Positions 40,461 through 50,745 of a DNA stretch of 64,000 nucleotides are shown here, in pieces (the stretch's first letter is position 1; every line of letters starts with the position of its first letter). The notes beneath the pieces are model-generated. The model was not told the DNA's origin and made no database searches. It saw only the letters and a program-made list of their open reading frames with translations. The stretch lies in assembly GCA_039815185.1 (NCBI GenBank), contig JBCBZT010000030.1, forward strand, positions 1 through 64,000, written 5' to 3'. Source of the stretch: Cyanobacteria bacterium P01_A01_bin.123 (GTDB taxonomy: Bacteria; Cyanobacteriota; Cyanobacteriia; Phormidesmidales; Phormidesmidaceae). A program made the translations under genes and the position numbers.

Positions 40461-42188
40461 ATGAATTTACCTAAGCAATCACCTGTTTTCATTCCCTGCT
40501 TGATCCTCAGCGTCTTCATTGGGATTGTGATCCGATTTGTGTTTCTCACTCACCATGAGCTTTGGTACGACGAGGTGCTCTCTATGTTGCTGTCATCCGG
40601 ACAGCGGACCGCCTTCAAAAGTCCAGAGGCGGTTCCCATTGCCATCAAGGAGTACACTCGCCTGCTGAGCATTCCGATGGATACGGGGCTAGTGGAGACC
40701 CTTAAAAACCTGCTCAAAGGCACCCTTGGCGATCCCCATCCCCCTCTGTTTTATCTGGGGCAGCATCTATGGATGCGGGGGCTGGGCAATGGGGTGGCGG
40801 CTATGCGTAGCCTGGTGGTGCTCAGCAGTTTGGCGGCGATCGCAGGCAGCTACGGGCTGGGAAAACTGCTGCTGGGCCGCCAGGGGGGCTGGCTACTAGC
40901 GGCCCTCATGACTCTCAACCCCTTCTTTCTATCCCATTCACTCAACTTGAGAATGTATACCCTACTGGTGCTTTGGGTGGTGTTGAGTGAGTGGAGTTTG
41001 CTGGCCCTGATCAAGCTTGACAAAACCCATGATCGGCAAGCAGATCTGCAAATGGGAAATTCACAACTCAATCACCCCCTTGCATTGAAAACCTTTGCTG
41101 CCATAGGGACGCAACGCTATCTGCTGATGGCGGCCCTAGCGCTCTGTGTCACGGCGGGGCTGATGTCGCAGTATCTGTTTGCCTACATGCTTTTAGCGCT
41201 GGCGGTGTTGGTGCTCGTCATAGGGGGACGACACTGGTTGCAGTATGGGCTCACCCTCACGGTTGGGGTCGTCCTGACCCTACCCTGGGTTTTCTGGGGG
41301 ACTCGACAGCAGGCCAATAACCGCAGCGATGTGCTCAACCAAATCTCTGAAGCCGGTAGCTGGTTGACGACCAGCTATCGACATTTGCAAGATATTTCTC
41401 AAACCCTAGCCAATCACCTGCTCCTGGGCCATTGGAGCACCGGGTTTTCTCCCCTCGACGCCTCGATTAAGCCGACCGCCGTGGTGGCGGGGTTTGGGGT
41501 GATGCTCTTTTTATTGATGTGTTTAATTGGCCTCTACCGCCAGCAGGAATATTATCTGCTCACAGTGGGGTTTATCTTGGGCATATTGCCCCTGTTGATT
41601 GCTTTAGGGCTGGATATTGCCACCCATAAATTTACGGTCGGGTTTGGCTGGGGGCGCTCTGTGATTGTGGCCCTCCCCGGCTGTTTGTTGCTGATTGCCA
41701 GCTGGTTATCGCGGGCAACGGGGCGCTGGCAGATGCCGTTGAGTTTGGCGCTGCTGAGCCTATATCTAGCCGTGGGGATAGGCGACTTTACCCTGCGCGA
41801 TCGTCACATGTTCCACACCGTCAATAATTGGGTCACCGCCGCCCCCAACCAATCAACCCTGGTCGTGATGAACTCCATGGCCTGGGGCAATGTGCTAAGA
41901 CTGAGCTACTATATCGACCCTGACTATCCAGCCGATATGCTGGCGACCCACCCCAAAGATCTACCCTATGCCTTACCCCAGGCTCTCCAGGGTAACTACA
42001 ATCGGGTGCTCTGGCTCAATGCCCAGAACCCGGTGTGGTCGGCTGCCGACACCGAAGCCGAGACGCAACAAATTCAGCAGGCGGTCGAAACCACTCTGGC
42101 TAGCCGTTGCCAGCTGAGCCAGCATCAGCCCCTCAGCGGTACCATGGACATCGATGCCTTTGAGCTAAGCCTGTATGAGTGCGATTAA
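40461..42188 (+). CDS. GT-C (family 39/PMT-like) glycosyltransferase
   Basis: LWYDE, DPHPPLFY, RMY motifs; many TM helices. Confidence 0.88.
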   Translation: MNLPKQSPVFIPCLILSVFIGIVIRFVFLTHHELWYDEVLSMLLSSGQRTAFKSPEAVPIAIKEYTRLLSIPMDTGLVETLKNLLKGTLGDPHPPLFYLGQHLWMRGLGNGVAAMRSLVVLSSLAAIAGSYGLGKLLLGRQGGWLLAALMTLNPFFLSHSLNLRMYTLLVLWVVLSEWSLLALIKLDKTHDRQADLQMGNSQLNHPLALKTFAAIGTQRYLLMAALALCVTAGLMSQYLFAYMLLALAVLVLVIGGRHWLQYGLTLTVGVVLTLPWVFWGTRQQANNRSDVLNQISEAGSWLTTSYRHLQDISQTLANHLLLGHWSTGFSPLDASIKPTAVVAGFGVMLFLLMCLIGLYRQQEYYLLTVGFILGILPLLIALGLDIATHKFTVGFGWGRSVIVALPGCLLLIASWLSRATGRWQMPLSLALLSLYLAVGIGDFTLRDRHMFHTVNNWVTAAPNQSTLVVMNSMAWGNVLRLSYYIDPDYPADMLATHPKDLPYALPQALQGNYNRVLWLNAQNPVWSAADTEAETQQIQQAVETTLASRCQLSQHQPLSGTMDIDAFELSLYECD

Positions 42189-42189
42189 A

Positions 42190-43374
42190 TTACGCACTAG
42201 ATAAGCGCTTCATCGCTTTACCGCCAATGCGGCGATCGATCTCCACTAACAACTGCGGAATCTTGTCCGCATGGGGACTTTGAGCCAGACATTGACTGAG
42301 GTCGACCTGACCCACAGTATCCGCTTTCTGACCCGGAAACCAGTGGCCCCCGTTGCCCAACATGTTGTATCGGGCTTGGACATACTCCTCCATGTCGAAG
42401 GCTTCCAGCAAGTTATGTAGCCAAAGAATAATCGGAATATTAATGTTGCCAGGCGTTTCCTCCGGAGTGGGTAGCCCCACCTTCCAGGTTTTCAGCCAGT
42501 GTTGCCCCAAACGCGCGATCGCAGCCTGTTCTAACCGCTCCAAAATCGGCGGCAAAATATCTTGAGCTTGGTCGAGCAAGGGCAGCGTTTTCAAGTAGTG
42601 CTCATCAAAGTCAGTCGGGCGGGCAGCACCGAGGCTAAGCGTATGCACCTGCGGATGACTCAGGCAAAACAAATCGTTGAACACCATCGGGCTTAGCGGC
42701 GCACACAACTCCACTAGCGTTTTGGATGGGTTGTACAGATGTCCCCCCTTATCAGTCGGGCTAATGATAAAGACCCCCATATCGTGCTGCTGAGCAGCCG
42801 CGATCGCAGGCCAGTTATCTTGATTAATGTAATACCAATGCAAGTTCACATAGTCGAATTGATCAGTCGCGATCGCGGCTTGAATCACCCAGGTCGGCCC
42901 ATGGGTTGAGAACCCAATAAACCGCACCCGTCCCTGCCGTTGAAACTCACGGGCGACCTCAAGGCACCCGCCAGGGCGTACCGTGTTGTCCAGAATTTCG
43001 GTTGTATTGATGCCGTGCATACCCAGCAGATCAATATGATCGAGCTTTAGATTCTTCAGGGACTGCTCTAGAGTTTTACGAAACTCCTGCGGGTCAGGCT
43101 TGGGCGACACTTTCGTTTGCACGATGATCTGATCGCGGGGTAGCTTCGGCAAAACTTGTCCGAGCTGCACTTCTGATGTGCCATACCCCCGCGCCGTTTC
43201 AATGTGATTAATGCCCACCTCTAAAGCCCGGTGGATCGTCGCCTCCAGATTTTGCTGATTTTTGGCTGGAATCTGCCAGCGCGGCACATCTTTCCAAGCA
43301 TGTTGATAGCGCATTCCCCCGCAGGAGAAGACAGGCATTTGCAGTTCCGTACGACCAAACCGTCGGTATTGCAT
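42190..43374 (-). CDS. Aldo/keto reductase
   Basis: MQYRRFGRTEL, GINHIETARGYG.SE, VQTK, IGFSTHG. Confidence 0.92.
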   Translation of the reverse strand: MQYRRFGRTELQMPVFSCGGMRYQHAWKDVPRWQIPAKNQQNLEATIHRALEVGINHIETARGYGTSEVQLGQVLPKLPRDQIIVQTKVSPKPDPQEFRKTLEQSLKNLKLDHIDLLGMHGINTTEILDNTVRPGGCLEVAREFQRQGRVRFIGFSTHGPTWVIQAAIATDQFDYVNLHWYYINQDNWPAIAAAQQHDMGVFIISPTDKGGHLYNPSKTLVELCAPLSPMVFNDLFCLSHPQVHTLSLGAARPTDFDEHYLKTLPLLDQAQDILPPILERLEQAAIARLGQHWLKTWKVGLPTPEETPGNINIPIILWLHNLLEAFDMEEYVQARYNMLGNGGHWFPGQKADTVGQVDLSQCLAQSPHADKIPQLLVEIDRRIGGKAMKRLSSA

Positions 43375-43503
43375 CGGCAGTATTTTGCTAAGTTACGACG
43401 ACTAAACTTCTCCTACCATATCCAAAATCTTGTTTTATGCTCAGCGGTTGGCAGCAGAGGATTCTGGCAAGATTCGCCCCCGTATGACCTAACAAACTGG
43501 GAT

Positions 43504-43533
43504 AATCCCGCTAAGCAATTGCTTAGCGGGATT
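43504..43533. repeat. Perfect 30-bp spacerless palindrome AATCCCGCTAAGCAATTGCTTAGCGGGATT
   Basis: Sequence equals its own reverse complement. Confidence 0.92.
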
Positions 43534-43695
43534 GAATCATATCTGCGACAGGGCATTTGTAGTTTGTCGACAGTAACCCTGGTTAAACCCTCCACCCCTC
43601 TCAAGGCATCAAAACCCTACTGGAGTTTTAGGACGCTGAGCAGGCTATGTTTCAACCTAAAATATAAGGAGTCGTATATCCAGGACATTCGCCTT

Positions 43696-43911
43696 ATGAC
43701 TGTTGAAACCATCGGAACCCCGCCCCCCGAAGCCGATCAGCTGCGGGCTGAGATCGAAAAGCAATTGCCAGATATCATTGCCAGCTTTAGCCAAACGCTA
43801 CAAGAGCAATTCGGCTTCGAAGGCCTTCGAGTGGGCGGATTCACCATCGTCCCCGCAAAAGCCGCTTCTGAGAGCATATCCTGCGATGAAGAAGGCTGTT
43901 CGGTTAGTTAA
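43696..43911 (+). CDS. Small hypothetical protein (71 aa) with C-terminal CDEEGC
   Basis: Protein-like C-terminal third of track ORF 43231-43911; start re-called at ATG 43696. Confidence 0.6.
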   Translation: MTVETIGTPPPEADQLRAEIEKQLPDIIASFSQTLQEQFGFEGLRVGGFTIVPAKAASESISCDEEGCSVS

Positions 43912-43924
43912 TCGCCAGTTAAGG

Positions 43925-44443
43925 TTAATTGCTGAGTACCCCTGGCCAGTTTTCATCAGCTTTGGCGATATTACCGGGAATATCTTTGGCCCAACGCTCT
44001 TGAATCCTGGCATCGTAATTCAGGTATAGCGAACCATCTACAATTTTCCAGGCTGTGGGGTCAATGGGTGCTGTATTACCCTGACTAACTGCCCAAGCGC
44101 AAAAACCGCCGTACTTTGGCGCATACAGTTCTGGATCGCTGGCAAACAGATCACGGTTTTCGGCACTTGAGAAATGCCAAGTTGCATTCATCCACTCATG
44201 GGTAAATTCTGAGCTACCGACAACGTAAGCTTCTTCGGTAAAGTAGGCTACTGGATCAGCCCCTTTGATCGCCACCCCATCTTCGACATAAACGCTGACA
44301 GGTTCAGCCGCCGTTTCTGCTGCCGGGGTTTCTGTCGCTGAAGTATCGGTAGCAGACGGGCCACTAGACGGCGCACACCCGACAATTAAGCCAGCACTCA
44401 GGGTGACCCCAAATAAAGCGATCGCGAGTTTAGAACGAACCAT
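43925..44443 (-). CDS. YHS-domain lipoprotein
   Basis: Lipobox IVGC; AIKGADPVAYF, F.S.EN..F, PKYGGFCAWAV, DGSLYLNY. Confidence 0.9.
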   Translation of the reverse strand: MVRSKLAIALFGVTLSAGLIVGCAPSSGPSATDTSATETPAAETAAEPVSVYVEDGVAIKGADPVAYFTEEAYVVGSSEFTHEWMNATWHFSSAENRDLFASDPELYAPKYGGFCAWAVSQGNTAPIDPTAWKIVDGSLYLNYDARIQERWAKDIPGNIAKADENWPGVLSN

Positions 44444-44801
44444 TTTAGACACCTCTCAATCAATACCTTGGGTTACATTGCTCGTTTTATAGTTTTAGCC
44501 GCAGTGCTCAAGATACCCAGTATCGCCAAACTGCTGACGGCAGCTATGGCTCATTCAAGCAGAACAGTCTGAGGTAAGGCTGAGAATTACCTGGGTGAGA
44601 CCAACAAACCCTGAGAACCGAACGTCAATCACTGCATCTAGGGGATGGACAAAGGAAGTGGTCTGCATGTAGTGTGTCGTTTTATAAAGAAAAGCTTTAA
44701 ATGGTCGCTTAATTTCTGAGAAATGAGTTTAATCTTTCGGAATTGGTGAGTGTTCCCCTGAACTATGTCACTAGCTCACCCAGTGCAGTGAAAGAAAACC
44801 C

Positions 44802-45011
44802 ATGTTTGAACCCATCCTTGCTGGAATCGTCGTCTTTGTCCTGTTTGTCTTTTCCGTAGATGTCTTCACCGCACCCAAGGGAAAACCTGATAATATCCCG
44901 CTACCTGAGTGGCTGTTTACCGAGAAGCGTAAGCAAGACAGCGCTGAAGAGAAATTTGGTAAAGCCGTCAAATCACTCATTACGGACGCTATCAAAGATG
45001 CCAAAAAATGA
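44802..45011 (+). CDS. Small hypothetical protein with N-terminal TM helix
   Basis: MFEPILAGIVVFVLFVF then charged helix. Confidence 0.6.
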   Translation: MFEPILAGIVVFVLFVFSVDVFTAPKGKPDNIPLPEWLFTEKRKQDSAEEKFGKAVKSLITDAIKDAKK

Positions 45012-45238
45012 AGCCCCATAGGCAGTCCTGTCTAATGACAGGGAATGTCTTTGCTGCGGTTGTTCGCCCTCTGGTGGAACATGTCAGGGTAGAAACCGAG
45101 CATCATCTCAGCATTTCCGCTGCGTCAGCTTGGCAACTGTCAGCCTAGACTGGGTACTCTAACCTAGATTGTGCCATCCTGTTTCCAAGTAAATCCGCAT
45201 AGCGGCTGACTAGCGTCTACCAACGTCTAAAAATTGCC

Positions 45239-46096
45239 ATGACGATTGATAACTTTGCCATCATCATTGGTTCAATGAAATGCGGTACGACGTATTTATT
45301 TAACTATCTATCGCAGCATCCAGAGATCGCCCCTTGTGAACCCAAGGAGCCAGAATTTTTCACTATTCATCACGAGCAGGGGTTCGAGTGGTACGAGTCT
45401 TTGTTTCAGTTTGATCCAGCCATTCATAAAGTTGCCCTAGAAGGATCAACGGGCTATACCAAATACCCGTATTGGTATCCCAATGCGGCTGCGAAGCTGC
45501 AAGATGCCCATATTCAAGCCAAGTTCATCTACGTTGTACGCGATCCGATTGAGCGGGTTGAGTCCCACTATAACTTTGGTATCGTCCATGGCTGGAGCCG
45601 CGATCGCAATATTTTAGACGACAACGCCATCCACTGCTCAATGTACGCCAAGCAACTCGACGAATACGTCAAACGGTTTCCCAAAGACGACATTTTGATT
45701 TTAAATTTTGACGATATCAAGGCTGATATGGCAGGCGTGGCCAACCGAGTGTTTCGGTTTTTAGGCCTCCACGAACTCAACCTCAAGCAGTTCCAAGAGG
45801 TTAAAACTTCGGATAGAAACTACACTGCTGAGCAAAGTGCTGAATCTGACTTTTATTACCAGCTAAAGCAAACAATCCGGATCAAAGGTCTCTATCAGAA
45901 ACTACTTCCCCACACAGTCCGAACCGCGATCAATAGTCTGTTCAAACGCAAGCTCAAGGACAAAAAACAGCTAAATCTAGCCGAGAAGCAGCAGTTGGTT
46001 GAACATCTGCGCGACGATCTGATTCGGCTGAGGGACGACTATCAAGTTGACATTAGTGGTTGGTCGATTACGCCATTACTTGAACTCAGGCGTTAG
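45239..46096 (+). CDS. Sulfotransferase family protein
   Basis: IIGSMKCGTT (5'-PSB), KEPEFF, VRDPIERVESHY (3'-PB). Confidence 0.92.
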   Translation: MTIDNFAIIIGSMKCGTTYLFNYLSQHPEIAPCEPKEPEFFTIHHEQGFEWYESLFQFDPAIHKVALEGSTGYTKYPYWYPNAAAKLQDAHIQAKFIYVVRDPIERVESHYNFGIVHGWSRDRNILDDNAIHCSMYAKQLDEYVKRFPKDDILILNFDDIKADMAGVANRVFRFLGLHELNLKQFQEVKTSDRNYTAEQSAESDFYYQLKQTIRIKGLYQKLLPHTVRTAINSLFKRKLKDKKQLNLAEKQQLVEHLRDDLIRLRDDYQVDISGWSITPLLELRR

Positions 46097-46166
46097 GAGA
46101 CATAGCACTAGCTCAGCCTATTTCCCTCAAATCAGGCCATTCATCCTGTATTCTGGCTCCTGACGT

Positions 46167-47534
46167 CTAATTTTCAACCTTCCCTGCCAAATGATAAGTC
46201 CTCATCTGCCCTTTGCCCTTGATCGTGACTTCTCCAGCAGGGGTGAAATAGTATTTGTGCTTTAAGCGTTGATAGGTGGTCTCAGTAACCTGAATTTTGC
46301 CAGGAACCCCTTGGGATTCCATGCGGCTGGCAACATTGACAGCATCCCCCCAAAGGTCGTAACTAAATTTCTTGATGCCAATCACCCCGGCAACTACGGC
46401 CCCCGTGTTGATGCCGATACGCAGTTGAAGTGGCTGCCCATCGGCGCGCGTAAAGGTTTGGATGGCGGCTTGCATCGCGATCGCCATGTTTATGACCGCC
46501 TCAATGTGATTGTCATTAGGCACCGGTAAACCACCCACCACCATATAGGCATCTCCAATGGTTTTAATTTTCTCTAGGCCATGTTCTTCAGCCAAACGAT
46601 CAAAGGTAGAAAAGATTTGATTCAGCAGTTGAACTAACTCCAAAGGCGTGACCTGTGCAGCCAAGGGCGTGAAGTTCACAATATCGGCAAACAAAATTGT
46701 GGCATCATCAAAGCGTTCGGCCAAGGATCCTTGGAACTGCTTTAGTTGGTCAACCACTGCCTGGGGCAGGATGTTGAGTAGCAGCTTCTCAGACTTGTAT
46801 TTTTCTCGACGCAGTGCTTTTTCAGCATGTTTGCGTTCGTGAATTTCTTTTTGCAGCCGTTCGTTTTGCGCCTTCAAACGCGTTGCTTGGCGGTGCAGCA
46901 TCCGCTGTAAATCAGCCAGCAGTGGCATTTGTCCTTTTGAGGCTAAGGCACGTTTGGTTTGGAGCTTCAGCCGTTGTTGCAGTCGGTACATTGTCACTTG
47001 GTTCGCAACTCGCGCCTGTACCTCTTCAAACCAAAAGGGTTTAGTAATGTAATCAGCACCCCCCACAGAAAAGGCCTTGAGCTTATCCTGGCGTTCGTCA
47101 GACACGCTAATGAAAATAATCGGAATCGCCCGCAACTCTACGTTGGCTTTGAGTTGCTGGCATATTGTGTAACCGCTGACCCCGATCAGATTGATATCAA
47201 GCAGAATCAGGTCGGGACGGATTCGCTGCACCGTAGACTCAATCTGATGAGCCCCCTGCATACAATGAACCTGATATCCCGACATAGACAGAAACTCTGA
47301 TAGCAATTTCAGGGTTTCTAAGGAATCATCAACGATCAGCAGTTTTCCTTTGGCGGCTTCGGTGCGGTCACTGTCCATTTTGGAAGACATGGGGCTGGAC
47401 ATGTGCTCAGAAAATATCCCATTAGCAGCTTGGGACGGCTGAATAACAGGCTTAAGCAGGTTTGCCGAAGCTACAGTGGAATCCTGAGTGTCTGAACCTT
47501 TAGCAACTGGACGATGCTCCCTGAATACTTTCAT
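46167..47534 (-). CDS. Response-regulator receiver fused to class III adenylate/guanylate cyclase
   Basis: LIVDD..LILLD..DYITKP; LLLNILP, LFADIVNFT, KIKTIGDAYM, YDLWGDAVNVASRMES; start uncertain. Confidence 0.93.
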   Translation of the reverse strand: MKVFREHRPVAKGSDTQDSTVASANLLKPVIQPSQAANGIFSEHMSSPMSSKMDSDRTEAAKGKLLIVDDSLETLKLLSEFLSMSGYQVHCMQGAHQIESTVQRIRPDLILLDINLIGVSGYTICQQLKANVELRAIPIIFISVSDERQDKLKAFSVGGADYITKPFWFEEVQARVANQVTMYRLQQRLKLQTKRALASKGQMPLLADLQRMLHRQATRLKAQNERLQKEIHERKHAEKALRREKYKSEKLLLNILPQAVVDQLKQFQGSLAERFDDATILFADIVNFTPLAAQVTPLELVQLLNQIFSTFDRLAEEHGLEKIKTIGDAYMVVGGLPVPNDNHIEAVINMAIAMQAAIQTFTRADGQPLQLRIGINTGAVVAGVIGIKKFSYDLWGDAVNVASRMESQGVPGKIQVTETTYQRLKHKYYFTPAGEVTIKGKGQMRTYHLAGKVEN

Positions 47535-47843
47535 GCTTCCTAGATTATGCACCTAATGATCCGCAATTAATTTAAGGCACGGCTTTAGCCTTCCTTTACT
47601 TACATCAGCAACGATAAAGAATCCGGATTCAGACGAATCAGCACCGGGTGAAGGAATTTTTAACACAAGGTACACTGGCTAAGCGGCCTGTTTGAATAAG
47701 TTTGCCCGTGGATCGGTTCAAGGTGATCGTCCTGCTACTGCTATCCGTAGATAACTGTGGTAACTGTCAATAACCTGTGCAATTCGCTAAAACCCTGATG
47801 GAAGCAGCTATGGGAGACAGAATAATGGGTATACGCTTAATTT

Positions 47844-48737
47844 ATGAACATGGTTAATCCCTTTCAGCAGTTCAAGGCCCGATTGCTATTAATAGGTTTT
47901 CTGGCAATTGCGCTAACGTTAGGTATTTTTTTGGGGGTTCTAGAGGGATTGGGTCTCCTACCTATCGGCTCAGATGATCCGCTCTTGATCCCGCTGGTTT
48001 ACATTTTGATTTTTGGTAGTCTATGCCTGCTGGTGATTTGGCAGGGTCGTCGGCTTAAGGTACGGTTTCGATATCTAATTGGCACCCGACCCAAGCGGTT
48101 TTCTTGGCTGTCCGGTGTGATGTTAACCGTTGTCTTGTTGGTGTTTTCTCTGGGGATGTTCCAAGTGTCTTATTATCTGCTGTCGTTTGTTCAACCCGAA
48201 TTGGTTGAACTGACGCTGCAAGAGTCACCTGCGATTTTTATTCCAGCGGATACGGCCAGCCCAGTTTTATATGAGGCGTTAATGTTTCTGAGCATTGTAG
48301 TCGTCGCCCCGGTGGCAGAAGAGTTTTTGTTTCGGGGAGTTTTGCTGCATCGTTGGGGCACAAAGTGGGGTCTACCTACAGCAGTGATTGTGTCTTCAGT
48401 GTTGTTTGGTGTGCTCCACCCCAATCCGATTGGACTGTCAATGTTTGGGTTAGTGATGACACTGCTCTACCTCCACACGCGATCGCTGTGGGCTCCTATT
48501 TTTTGCCATGCACTAAATAATTTCCTCACCATTGGCTTAGAAGTTTGGGCTACCCAAGCCAACCGCAGCAACCCTATCGATACATTGGCAGAGTTCCGCG
48601 AAAGCTGGTGGATGGGGCTAGTGTTTATCGTCATCTCGGCCCCTTGGTTAATCCGGTTTATACGGCGTACCTGGCGACAAACCCGCGAGCCTCTACCCTA
48701 TTTTGACAATGCCGCTAGTCGGAGTCAGTCTGCTTAG
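47844..48737 (+). CDS. CPBP (CAAX-like) intramembrane metalloprotease
   Basis: APVAEEFLFRG, FGVLH, HALNN. Confidence 0.92.
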   Translation: MNMVNPFQQFKARLLLIGFLAIALTLGIFLGVLEGLGLLPIGSDDPLLIPLVYILIFGSLCLLVIWQGRRLKVRFRYLIGTRPKRFSWLSGVMLTVVLLVFSLGMFQVSYYLLSFVQPELVELTLQESPAIFIPADTASPVLYEALMFLSIVVVAPVAEEFLFRGVLLHRWGTKWGLPTAVIVSSVLFGVLHPNPIGLSMFGLVMTLLYLHTRSLWAPIFCHALNNFLTIGLEVWATQANRSNPIDTLAEFRESWWMGLVFIVISAPWLIRFIRRTWRQTREPLPYFDNAASRSQSA

Positions 48738-48807
48738 GATTTTTGGTAATGGGTAATGGGTTACTGGTGATTAGAATGGCAGGGGAAGAGACTTTGCTTC
48801 GATCTGA

Positions 48808-50514
48808 TTAAAACCCATCGGGTAAAGACCGCAGCAGACGGAGCTCGGTCGGTTCTACATTGACAGCCTCGACGTAGGCCGAGGTTAGGTAAGAACGATA
48901 CGAGTCATCGTTGAGTAAATGGACTTTTCCGTGCGCAATGACAAGTGATATCAGCAGATTAGAAAACAATTCTTCCGTTTCATTAAAGTTGTCGAGGGTA
49001 TCACCGCTTGGATCTCTGATGTTCAAGATCAATTCGGTCAGCGCTGGTGAATGGGAGAGATTTTCTCCCAGGTATAAATACTTTTCGGGGGTGACTAATC
49101 CGCGGAAAGCTACCAACTGTTCTAGCGCAATGGGAGTTGCGATATCAGAAGCACCGCCCACAATCACAACGGGTGTCTGCACTGGCTCCATACCCCCCTC
49201 TCCAAACAGATTGCTTACAGGAGACAGAGCAATCACAAGCCCCACCCGTTCATCGGCTAGGCTACCGTCGGTTAATTGTTGAATAGCAGCGGGTGACTCG
49301 ACCAACTCCAACACTCTGCACTGGAGTAGAAGCCCAATATTAACCTTATCGGGTGCAATATCTGCGTCGAGATCGCACTGTTGCTGCAGGCGATCGATAT
49401 CAACGGTGGCCCCTGCTGTGGCCAGAGCGGTGTACCCACCAAACGAATGACCGATAAGGCCCACTCGATCTAATTGGAGACGCCCTTGAAATTCTGTGCC
49501 GTTTAGCTGCTCCAAAGTATCCAGTAGAAAACGAATATCTAATGGCCGATTGACAAAGTCCATCACGTCAAAAGATTCATGGGTCAGACCCCTGACTAAA
49601 TCATCTTGGTAGGCCTTATTACTGCCAATATGCTCTGGCACCGCAACAACAAATCCATTTTCGGCTAGCGTGCGGGCGGCCAAAACAGCATCTGGATTAG
49701 TGCGAGTATCGCCATAGCCATGGGAGAGAACCATCACTGGAATTGGCCCTGGGATAGCATTGAGATTGTCAGGCAGATAAAGATCAACTGGATAGCTACG
49801 ATCGCGTTGGCTATCTTGTAACATCAGCGATCGCTGCACAACCCCAAACTGACCAGTTTCTGCCGGAACGGGTAAGGCACTATAGTCAAGGGCCGGATCA
49901 GTAGCAGCAGTGGCTTCAGAGACTTGGGTGGCAGCATCAATCAGCCGTTCCGTGGTGTCTATGTTGGCGTTGAGCGCCCGAGACAATGCTAGGATCTCTT
50001 GCAAATCCAACCGCAAGCCCCCCGTTGGATAAAAGCGAATAATGTTGATCAGTGAAAGCCCAGCCGGATCCGCTGCCGCCAAGACGATGGCGGCTCGTAT
50101 AGCCTGGTAACCATTTTGGCGACCCTGGGTTTGAATCAACTGTCCAAGCCCAGTCAAAACAGACTCGCCAATCGGAGAATACAGCCATTGGGATAGGAAA
50201 AAGGGATCCTCGAATCCTTCAGGAATACCTGGACTCAGCGCAGGGATGGGAGTGCCCAAGACCCGTTGGAGTTCCTGTTGTCCTTCTGATGGCAGACGGT
50301 TGAGATATGGGGCAAGTTCAGCATCTATGGTGCCGTCTTCTGCAAATGCTTCTAGAGATGAGGCAGGCAGCACACGTCCAAAAGGGCCGTAATCAAAATA
50401 AATCTCGTCTGCCGATCGGGCAGGCAAAGTAGCAATCACCCCAGATAAAAGGCTGATAGCAGCGGTTTTCAACAGCTGCTGAATTGATGGTGAGTAAACC
50501 GTTCTGAAATGCAT
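48808..50514 (-). CDS. DUF1400 alpha/beta hydrolase
   Basis: Signal peptide then ADEIYFDYG; SHGYG, GHSFGG nucleophile elbow; start probably ATG 50514. Confidence 0.88.
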   Translation of the reverse strand: MHFRTVYSPSIQQLLKTAAISLLSGVIATLPARSADEIYFDYGPFGRVLPASSLEAFAEDGTIDAELAPYLNRLPSEGQQELQRVLGTPIPALSPGIPEGFEDPFFLSQWLYSPIGESVLTGLGQLIQTQGRQNGYQAIRAAIVLAAADPAGLSLINIIRFYPTGGLRLDLQEILALSRALNANIDTTERLIDAATQVSEATAATDPALDYSALPVPAETGQFGVVQRSLMLQDSQRDRSYPVDLYLPDNLNAIPGPIPVMVLSHGYGDTRTNPDAVLAARTLAENGFVVAVPEHIGSNKAYQDDLVRGLTHESFDVMDFVNRPLDIRFLLDTLEQLNGTEFQGRLQLDRVGLIGHSFGGYTALATAGATVDIDRLQQQCDLDADIAPDKVNIGLLLQCRVLELVESPAAIQQLTDGSLADERVGLVIALSPVSNLFGEGGMEPVQTPVVIVGGASDIATPIALEQLVAFRGLVTPEKYLYLGENLSHSPALTELILNIRDPSGDTLDNFNETEELFSNLLISLVIAHGKVHLLNDDSYRSYLTSAYVEAVNVEPTELRLLRSLPDGF

Positions 50515-50570
50515 TTCCGATATTATTTTCAAGGTTAGATTGCGACAGTACAGTACATATACAGTATATA

Positions 50571-50630
50571 TTTTGATCTGAGTTCACATGTGTTTTGATC
50601 TGAATTCACATGTGTTTTGATCTGGGTTCA
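50571..50630. repeat. 22-bp tandem repeat TTTTGATCTGA(G/A)TTCACATGTG, 2 full copies plus 1 partial
   Basis: Copies start at 50571, 50593 and 50615. Confidence 0.9.
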
Positions 50631-50644
50631 GATCGAGAAAACGA

Positions 50645-50701
50645 TTGAACCAATTTTTCATACATTTAGCATGTTGAAAAATGTATGAAAAATTGATTCA
50701 A
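50645..50701. repeat. AT-rich long inverted repeat
   Basis: TTGAACCAATTTTTCATACATTT / AAATGTATGAAAAATTGATTCAA, one mismatch. Confidence 0.85.
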
Positions 50702-50745
50702 ATGAATATCAGATGTGCGATTTTGAAAAGGTAGCTTGATGAACA

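Noticed and set aside
43231..43695. N-terminal two-thirds of the 226-aa track ORF
   Set aside because: Overlaps the aldo/keto reductase start and promoter region; only the part from ATG 43696 looks protein-like
46167..47552. Cyclase as the Pycsar PycC partner of 11349-11951
   Set aside because: It is an ordinary receiver-cyclase fusion and lies 34 kb away
50571..50630. 22-bp repeats as a CRISPR array
   Set aside because: Repeats are contiguous with no spacers, and no cas genes are in the window
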